A DNA stretch of 24,073 bases from Alphaproteobacteria bacterium. GTDB taxonomy: Bacteria; Pseudomonadota; Alphaproteobacteria; JAREAF01. Position numbers and translations under genes: made by a program. The stretch lies in assembly GCA_035456545.1 (NCBI GenBank), contig DATIDB010000328.1:1-24073 (forward strand), written 5' to 3'. Below the pieces are notes generated by a model. The model saw only the letters and a program-made list of their open reading frames with translations. It searched no databases and was not told the origin of the DNA. Positions 17,336 to 22,919 of this stretch are shown here, piece by piece (the stretch's first letter is position 1; the number at the start of each line of letters is the position of its first letter).

Positions 17336-18255
17336 AGCCGCAGCTCCATCCCGTCCGCCGCCACCTCCCAGCCCCCGGCCGCGGCCTCGGCGCGCTCCGC
17401 CGAATCCGCCAGCAGCAGCGGATTGGAGTTGTTGACGTGAATGAAGATCTTGCGCTTCACGCCCAGCGGCGCGAAGGCGGCGATCGCGCCGGAGGCGCTG
17501 ATATGGCCCATGCGCCGACCGGTCTTGCTCCCGGAGCCTTCGGCGATCATTTCGTCGTCGCGCCAGAGCGTGCCGTCGAAGAACACGAGTTCCGCGCCTC
17601 GGAGCCGCGCGGCGATCTCGGCGGTCATTTCCGCGCAGCTCGGAATGAAGAAGAAGCTCCGCCCGGCCTCGTCGGAGAGTTTCAGGCCGACCGTGTCCTC
17701 GCCGATCCGCGCGGTGTCGAGAACGGCCTCGGCCGCTTCGAGATAGAGCGGCGTCTTGCCCGGGACCGGAAAGGCTTCGAGGACGACTCCCAGCGGCGCG
17801 CCTTCGGGTTCCCGCAGCACTGTCGGCTCGCCCGGAACCAGTCGGCGCCGATCGACCGTCTCCGGCGACAGCACATCGAAGATCGGGTTGCCCCGGAGAA
17901 TGGAAAGCACGCGCGCCGTCGCATAAAGGGCCAAGGGCTGGCGCTCGCGCAAGCTGAGCAGGCCCGCGATCGCGTCGACATCGCCGTTGGTCAGGACCAC
18001 CGCCCGGATCGGGCTGTGGCGCAGTCCCGCGCGCGGATGGAGGGGTGAGGCGGATTCGATCTGCTGGCGCAGGTCGGGCGAGGCGTTGAGAAGAACCCAG
18101 CGCTCCCCGTCGGCCGAAACCGCAAGCGAGGCCTGGCTCGCCGGCCGCGCGGCCGGATCGCCGGCGCGAGCGCGACGGCACGCCTCGTTGTTGGCGTTCC
18201 ACTGCGGAAAGCCCCCGCCCGCCGCCGCTCCCAGCACGCGGATCCAGAGGGTCAT
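17332..18255 (-). CDS. pqqB: PQQ biosynthesis protein PqqB (metallo-beta-lactamase fold)
   Basis: VLGAAAGGGFPQWN, LNASPDLRQQI, GLLSLRE, FFDGTLW.DDEM, K.GRRMGH and IHVNNSNP. Confidence 0.96.
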   Translation of the reverse strand: MTLWIRVLGAAAGGGFPQWNANNEACRRARAGDPAARPASQASLAVSADGERWVLLNASPDLRQQIESASPLHPRAGLRHSPIRAVVLTNGDVDAIAGLLSLRERQPLALYATARVLSILRGNPIFDVLSPETVDRRRLVPGEPTVLREPEGAPLGVVLEAFPVPGKTPLYLEAAEAVLDTARIGEDTVGLKLSDEAGRSFFFIPSCAEMTAEIAARLRGAELVFFDGTLWRDDEMIAEGSGSKTGRRMGHISASGAIAAFAPLGVKRKIFIHVNNSNPLLLADSAERAEAAAGGWEVAADGMELRL

Positions 18256-18276
18256 GGCGTCAAGGGAAGAAACAAT

Positions 18277-18322
18277 CCGCCGCGCGCGGACCTCCTCGAC
18301 GGAGCCCCTGAACGCGCGGCGG
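18277..18322 (-). terminator. Stem-loop between pqqA and pqqB (attenuator or mRNA-stabilising hairpin)
   Basis: 10-bp perfect inverted repeat CCGCCGCGCG (18277-18286) / CGCGCGGCGG (18313-18322) with an inner CTCC/GGAG pair. On the minus strand it is followed by ATTGTTTCTT. Confidence 0.55.
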
Positions 18323-18342
18323 CGTTCTGTGCGGTCAGAAGA

Positions 18343-18420
18343 TCAGAGTTCCGCCGGGTAATAGGCGTTGATCTCCAGGCCCACGCAAATTTCGACGATT
18401 TTCGGCTTCGACCAGGCCAT
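18343..18420 (-). CDS. pqqA: PQQ precursor peptide PqqA, MAWSKPKIVEICVGLEINAYYPAEL (25 aa)
   Basis: Translated by hand; absent from the ORF track. ATG at 18420, TGA at 18345-18343, strong AGGAGG ribosome-binding site 7 nt upstream, conserved W..P..VEI.VG.EIxxY (ExxxY = EINAY), directly upstream of pqqB. Confidence 0.96.
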   Translation of the reverse strand: MAWSKPKIVEICVGLEINAYYPAEL

Positions 18421-18535
18421 CCCGTGTCCTCCTACGTGGCCGAGGGGCGCCCCTCAGGACAGGTTAAGTTAGAACGCCATCTGAAGAGGTCACAATACTA
18501 ACAGAACCCCTACCCCTTTCGTAACGATCTGTTCG

Positions 18536-19345
18536 TCACCCCGTTGCGCCTCCGAACCGGGCGGCCAAACCGCGTGCGGGGTCGTAGGCCAGGATGGCCG
18601 CCCCGAGGAAGAGGGCGAGCGCGCCCAGCACGACCGCCGCCGAAAACCCGTTGAAGGCTCCGTAAAGCGCGAACCGGATCAGCTCAACCGCATGCGTGAA
18701 GGGATTGGCGGCCGCGACATCGTGCAGCAGGTCGTTGGCCTCCTTGAGCCGCCAGAGCGGGTAGAGCGCCGAGGAGGCGAAGAACATCGGGAATATGACG
18801 AAATTCATCACGCCCGCGAAGTTCTCGAGCTGGCGGATCAGCGAAGACAGCAGGAGCCCGATCGAGCCCAGCATCAGGCCGGTCAGGACGAGCGCCGGCA
18901 GCGCCGCCAGATAACCGATCGGCGGCGCCTCGATGCCGAAGGCCCATGCGATGGCCAGAAAGGCATAGACCTGAAGCAGCGAGACGAAGACGCCGGCCAG
19001 CAGCTTGGAGAGGAGCAGGTACCAGCGCGGCAGCGGCGTGACCAGAAGCACCCGCATGCTGCCCATCTCGCGGTCGTAGACCATCGAGAGCGAGCTCTGC
19101 ATGCCGTTGAAGAGCTGGATCATCCCGACCAGGCCGGGCAGGACGTAGACCTCATAGGTGATGTAGGTGTCGTAGGGCGGGATGATCGACACGCCGAGCA
19201 CCGACCGGAACCCGGCGGCGAAGATGAAGAGCCAGATCAGCGGCCGCACCAGCGCGGCGAAGAACCGCTCCCGCTGCTGGGTGAAGCGCAGCGCCTCGCG
19301 CCGAATGACGCCGGCAAGGCACCGGCGGTAATGGGCGAGGCTCAT
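18536..19345 (-). CDS. ABC-2 type permease of the PQQ-associated alcohol-ABC family (PedC-like), 269 aa
   Basis: ATG at 19345 overlapping the ATPase stop. Motifs RE.LRF..QRERFFAALVRPLIWLFIFAAGFR.VLGVSIIPPY.TYITYEVY..PGL and NGMQSSLSMVYDREMGSMR.LL, which I recognise as characteristic of this family. Confidence 0.88.
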   Translation of the reverse strand: MSLAHYRRCLAGVIRREALRFTQQRERFFAALVRPLIWLFIFAAGFRSVLGVSIIPPYDTYITYEVYVLPGLVGMIQLFNGMQSSLSMVYDREMGSMRVLLVTPLPRWYLLLSKLLAGVFVSLLQVYAFLAIAWAFGIEAPPIGYLAALPALVLTGLMLGSIGLLLSSLIRQLENFAGVMNFVIFPMFFASSALYPLWRLKEANDLLHDVAAANPFTHAVELIRFALYGAFNGFSAAVVLGALALFLGAAILAYDPARGLAARFGGATG

Positions 19346-20121
19346 CCGCCGCCCCGCGTCAGGCTGGTGAAGGCCGCGCCGATGGAGGCCGCGCCCGCTT
19401 TCGCGGCGACGTCCTCGGCCGGGCCGTCGGCCAGGATCCGGCCGCGATGGAGGAGGATGACGCGGTCGCGCGGGCGCACTTCGTCGATGAGATGCGTCGC
19501 CCACAGCACCGTCACCCCGTCCTCCTCCGCAAGCGCGCGCACGCGTTCGAGAATCGCCTGCCGGCCGGGGATGTCTAGGCCCACCGTGGCCTCGTCGCAG
19601 AGCAGAAGCCGGGGCCGGTGCAGGAGCGCGCGGGCGATCTCCACCCGCCGCGCCTCGCCGCCCGAGAGCCCGCGCACCCGCTCCTCGGCGCGCTCGATAA
19701 GCCCGGCCCGCCGGATCTCGGCCTCGATGCGCTCGCGCGCCTCGGCCCTCGAGAGCCCTTGCAACGCCGCCGCGTAGCGCAGGTTTTGGCTGACGCTCAA
19801 GTCGAGATCGAGCGTGCGCTGCTGGAACACCACGCCGATCCGGCGCAGCGCGGCGGAGGGCTCTCGGGCGAGATCGGCGCCGAAAATCTCGATTACGCCC
19901 GATTGCCGGTCGTAGAGGCGGGTGATCAAGGAGAACAAGGTGGTCTTGCCCGCCCCGTTCGGGCCGAGCAGCACCGCAAGCTCCCCCGGCGCCAGGGAGA
20001 AGGAAACCCCCTCGAGCGCCACGCGCTCGCCGTAGCGATGGCGCAGGCCCTCGACCGCGATCGCCGGCGGAGCGCCCGTCGTCGCGGCCATTCCGGTCGC
20101 GGGCGCGGGCGAGGCCCTCAC
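19342..20121 (-). CDS. ABC ATP-binding protein of the PQQ-associated family (PedB-like)
   Basis: Walker A GPNGAGKT, LFSLITRLY, VVFQQRTLDLDLSV, signature LSGGEARR, Walker B LLCDEATVGLD, H-loop WATHL. GTG start with GGAG site; ATG at 20091 is an alternative start. Confidence 0.9.
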   Translation of the reverse strand: MRASPAPATGMAATTGAPPAIAVEGLRHRYGERVALEGVSFSLAPGELAVLLGPNGAGKTTLFSLITRLYDRQSGVIEIFGADLAREPSAALRRIGVVFQQRTLDLDLSVSQNLRYAAALQGLSRAEARERIEAEIRRAGLIERAEERVRGLSGGEARRVEIARALLHRPRLLLCDEATVGLDIPGRQAILERVRALAEEDGVTVLWATHLIDEVRPRDRVILLHRGRILADGPAEDVAAKAGAASIGAAFTSLTRGGG

Positions 20122-20143
20122 CGGCCGCGCTCCAATCGGGGGC

Positions 20144-20464
20144 TCAGGAGCCGCCGGGCGGAAGGCTTTCGTAATAGGCCGAGAGATTGTCGATATCCTG
20201 GTCGGAGAGCGGCTGGGCGACGATGTTCATCTGCTCGCTCTTGCGCTCGCCCGAGCGGAACAGCTTGAGCTGCTGCACCATGTACTGGGATTTCTGTCCG
20301 GCCAGGTTCGGGAAGTTCGGAGCCGTGCCGATCCCGTTCTTGCCGTGGCAGGTGGCGCAAATGGCGCTTTTCGCCTTGCCCGCCGCCGGATCGGCGGCGA
20401 AGCCCGGATGAGCATGGGCGAAGAAAAGGGATGCGGCGAGAAGCGCCGCAAGTCGCGTCTTCAT
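20144..20464 (-). CDS. Periplasmic monoheme class I cytochrome c (c553/c4-like)
   Basis: Signal peptide, heme motif CATCH, PNLAGQ...Y...QL..FRSGER, distal Met (QMNIVA) and LSD.DI.NL.AYY. GGGAG ribosome-binding site. Confidence 0.95.
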   Translation of the reverse strand: MKTRLAALLAASLFFAHAHPGFAADPAAGKAKSAICATCHGKNGIGTAPNFPNLAGQKSQYMVQQLKLFRSGERKSEQMNIVAQPLSDQDIDNLSAYYESLPPGGS

Positions 20465-20497
20465 GTCGGCTCCCGCTGGTTCGCCTTCGGCGGAGAA

Positions 20498-20527
20498 CGC
20501 CGGGGGAGCGGCGAGGCTCCCCCGGCG
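20498..20527 (-). terminator. GC-rich hairpin between the dehydrogenase and cytochrome c genes
   Basis: 12-bp perfect stem CGCCGGGGGAGC (20498-20509) / GCTCCCCCGGCG (20516-20527) with a 6-nt loop. Only a weak U-tract (TTCT) follows on the minus strand. Confidence 0.55.
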
Positions 20528-20535
20528 GCGCGCCG

Positions 20536-21792
20536 TCAGCTGCCCTGATACGAGATGCGGTAGATCGCCCCGGCGAAGTCATCGGAAACCAGGAGTGACC
20601 CGTCCGGAAGCTGCGCCACATCGACCGGGCGTCCCAGATACTCGCCCGTCTCCGGGATCAGCCAGCCTTCGGCGAAGGGCTTGGTCTCCTTTGCGGTGCC
20701 ATCCTCGTTCAGGCTGGTGAACATCACCCGAGCGCCGACCGGCGTGGTGCGATTCCAGGAGCCGTGCTGGGCCGAGAAGATGCCGCCGCGATACTCCTGC
20801 GGGAACATCTTGCCGGTGTAGAACATCATGCCGAGATCGGCCGCGTGGGCGTCCATCGCGACTTGCGGGGGCACGGTGTCGGCCGGCGGTTCGGAATCCT
20901 TGTACTCGTTGGTCCGAATGTCGCCGCCGCCGAACCACGGGAAGCCGAAATGCTGGCCCGCGCCGGTCGCGCGGTTCAGCTCGCCCGGCGGAATGTCGTC
21001 GCCCATCCCGTCGACTTGATTGTCGGTGAACCACAGCTCGCCGTTGGCCGGATTGAAGTCCATGCCGACCGAGTTGCGCACGCCATGGGCATAGACCTCG
21101 CGGTTCTTGCCGTCCCGATCCATGCGGATGATGCCGCCGATCCCGACCTGGTTATAGAGGTCGGCCTTCTCGGGCGGCGGCACGTTGAAGGGCTGCCCGA
21201 GCGTTATGTAGAGCTTGTTGTCCGGCCCGATGTCGCAGACGCGGGCGGTGTGGTTGAAGGATTCCTCGTCCTTGGGGATCAGCTCGCCCTGCGGGACCAC
21301 GACGCCGGCGGCGACGTCCGGACCCTCATAGAAGAACTCGGCCGCCGGGAAGGTGATGACGCGGTTCTGCTCGGCCAGGAACAGGAACCCGTCCTTCGAC
21401 ATGCAGACGCCGTTCGGAATTGCGAAATCGACGGATGGCGCGAATGGCTTGACCTCGTCGGCGACCCGGTCCTTATCGCGGTCGGTGACCGCATAGACCG
21501 CGGTCTTGCGCGTCCCGACGAAGACCACGCCCAGATTGGTGCCGACCGCCATATGCCGCGCGTCCGGAACGATGGCATAGAGATCGATCTTGAAGCCGGG
21601 GGGCAATTTGACTTTCTGCAGGTTCTTTCGGATCGCGTCGGCATTGGCGCCGCCCTGCTCGACCATCTGGAACTTCAGGCCGTAGCCCGTGGTCTGTACC
21701 TTTTGCAGTTTCTCCAGGCTGTCCTGCGCGAGCGCAGGCAATGCACCGATGCACAGCGCGAGCGCACTCACGGCGACGGTGGTTCGCAGCAT
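20536..21792 (-). CDS. Secreted PQQ-dependent sugar/sorbosone dehydrogenase-family protein (six-bladed beta-propeller, SndH/AA12-like), 418 aa
   Basis: ATG at 21792 with AGGAGG site and Sec signal MLRTTVAVSALALCIGALPALA-QD. Motifs LPPGFKI..YA..P.AR, NHTAR....GPD.KLY..LG, GVRNSVG..F.P..GELWFTDN..D, GELN, FGFPW, AHAADLG..FY.G..FP and HGSWNRT.P.G.RV. The track's 798-aa ORF is an upstream read-through artefact. Confidence 0.9.
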   Translation of the reverse strand: MLRTTVAVSALALCIGALPALAQDSLEKLQKVQTTGYGLKFQMVEQGGANADAIRKNLQKVKLPPGFKIDLYAIVPDARHMAVGTNLGVVFVGTRKTAVYAVTDRDKDRVADEVKPFAPSVDFAIPNGVCMSKDGFLFLAEQNRVITFPAAEFFYEGPDVAAGVVVPQGELIPKDEESFNHTARVCDIGPDNKLYITLGQPFNVPPPEKADLYNQVGIGGIIRMDRDGKNREVYAHGVRNSVGMDFNPANGELWFTDNQVDGMGDDIPPGELNRATGAGQHFGFPWFGGGDIRTNEYKDSEPPADTVPPQVAMDAHAADLGMMFYTGKMFPQEYRGGIFSAQHGSWNRTTPVGARVMFTSLNEDGTAKETKPFAEGWLIPETGEYLGRPVDVAQLPDGSLLVSDDFAGAIYRISYQGS

Positions 21793-22207
21793 GCCTCTTC
21801 CTCCTTGTTCTCGGCTTTTTGATTGCGTCGAGGGCAACCGTAGTCCCCGGGAACGGCGGTCGCACCCTATCCGAAAGTAGCGGCCCGCCCGCCGTCGCGA
21901 CCGGCCTCTCGCGCCATCCTCGACGAAACCCGTCAAGCGACCTCCAATCGGAGTACCGACCCCCCTCGCGACGCGGCGCCGGATCGCATCCGGACTGCGG
22001 CAGGCGGTCCCCACCTCCGCGCTCGACCGCCCGTTCTTTGCTGAGGGTCGGGCGACAATCGCGGCAATAGAGCGCATCGCGCTGAAAGGCGCGGATGGAC
22101 GCCACGGCGCGGCGCCGTCGGGACTATTCAGCCGAGCTCGGCGGCCGCGCGCGTCACCTTGCCGCAGCCGAGCGGTCCAGTGGCGCATGGGTTGGCGAAC
22201 GAGGGCG

Positions 22208-22236
22208 CTTGCCGAGCATTGACTGCGCTCCCATCT
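22208..22236 (+). promoter_or_regulatory. Possible RpoH (sigma32)-type promoter
   Basis: CTTG (22208-22211), 18-nt spacer, CCCATCT (22230-22236), ending 11 nt before the ATG at 22248. Confidence 0.3.
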
Positions 22237-22247
22237 CCATCGGACGC

Positions 22248-22535
22248 ATGCCACGCAAGCCCCGCCGCAAGCCACCCACTCCCCTACCGCTCCTTCTCTG
22301 GGAGCTGGGCATGGCCTCCGGCGAAACCATCGCTCGGCGGAGCTGGATGCTGGCGCAAGGGCGCTGCTCGGCGCGCGAGAGGCGGCGCATGGTGCGGGAG
22401 AAATCCGCCGCCGCCCTGTCCAGCCTCGCCCTGCTCGGCGATCCGAAGAGCGACATCTCAGTGCTATTGCGGCCCTGGCACAAAGCGGCGACCGCGAACG
22501 CCAAGCGGTTGCGCGGTCGCGGGAAGCGCCGCTAA
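22248..22535 (+). CDS. Small basic conserved hypothetical protein (95 aa)
   Basis: ATG at 22248. The pattern ETIARR..ML..G.....E..RMV.EK..A ... P.H.....ANAKRL matches a small alphaproteobacterial hypothetical family as I recall it. It fills the gap before a convergent gene. Confidence 0.65.
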   Translation: MPRKPRRKPPTPLPLLLWELGMASGETIARRSWMLAQGRCSARERRRMVREKSAAALSSLALLGDPKSDISVLLRPWHKAATANAKRLRGRGKRR

Positions 22536-22547
22536 GGCGTCGGCTCC

Positions 22548-22919
22548 TCAGGCTCGTGCCGCGAAAACCTCCTTCGCCGCAGCGAGCCCGTTGATCGCGG
22601 CGGGGAACCCCGCATAGACCGCCATCTGCATCATCAGCTCGACCAACTCCTCGCGCGTCCAGCCGAGATTGAGCGCCGCCCGCATATGCGCGCGGAGCTG
22701 GGCGGGGGCGGTGCCGAGCGCGGCCAGCGCCGCGACGGTGGCGATCTCTCGGGTCCTCAGGTCCAGGCCCGGACGGGCCAGCACCTCGCCGAAGGCGAAC
22801 TCCGCCAGCATCGGCCCGAAATCGGGCGCGATGTCCTCGTATGCCGCCAGGATGCGCGGGCCCAGCTCCGGATCCAGACGGTCGAGGACCTCCCGCCCGC
22901 GCCGATAGCGCTCGTTCAT
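22548..22919 (-). CDS. Carboxymuconolactone decarboxylase (CMD/PcaC-like) family protein, 123 aa
   Basis: ATGA overlap with the MFS stop. Motifs Y.RG..VL..L, APDF...L.EFAFGEV..RPGLD.RTREIATVAALAALG, QLRAH.RAALN.G.T.EE and VYAGFPAA.N. Confidence 0.9.
   Translation of the reverse strand: MNERYRRGREVLDRLDPELGPRILAAYEDIAPDFGPMLAEFAFGEVLARPGLDLRTREIATVAALAALGTAPAQLRAHMRAALNLGWTREELVELMMQMAVYAGFPAAINGLAAAKEVFAARA

Noticed and set aside
16595-18202. 535-aa ORF suggesting a long N-terminal extension or fusion on PqqC
   Set aside because: The extension is an Arg/Pro-rich alternative frame inside pqqB. The real start is GTG 17335, coupled to the pqqB stop.
15151-18420. No pqqF/pqqG-type protease in the pqq cluster
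   Set aside because: The protease is often unlinked or replaced, so its absence here is ordinary.
20130-21951. Identical 10-mer CTCCAATCGG at 20130-20139 and 21942-21951
   Set aside because: One copy is simply the complement of the ATPase ribosome-binding region, and a single 10-bp match in 24 kb is expected by chance.
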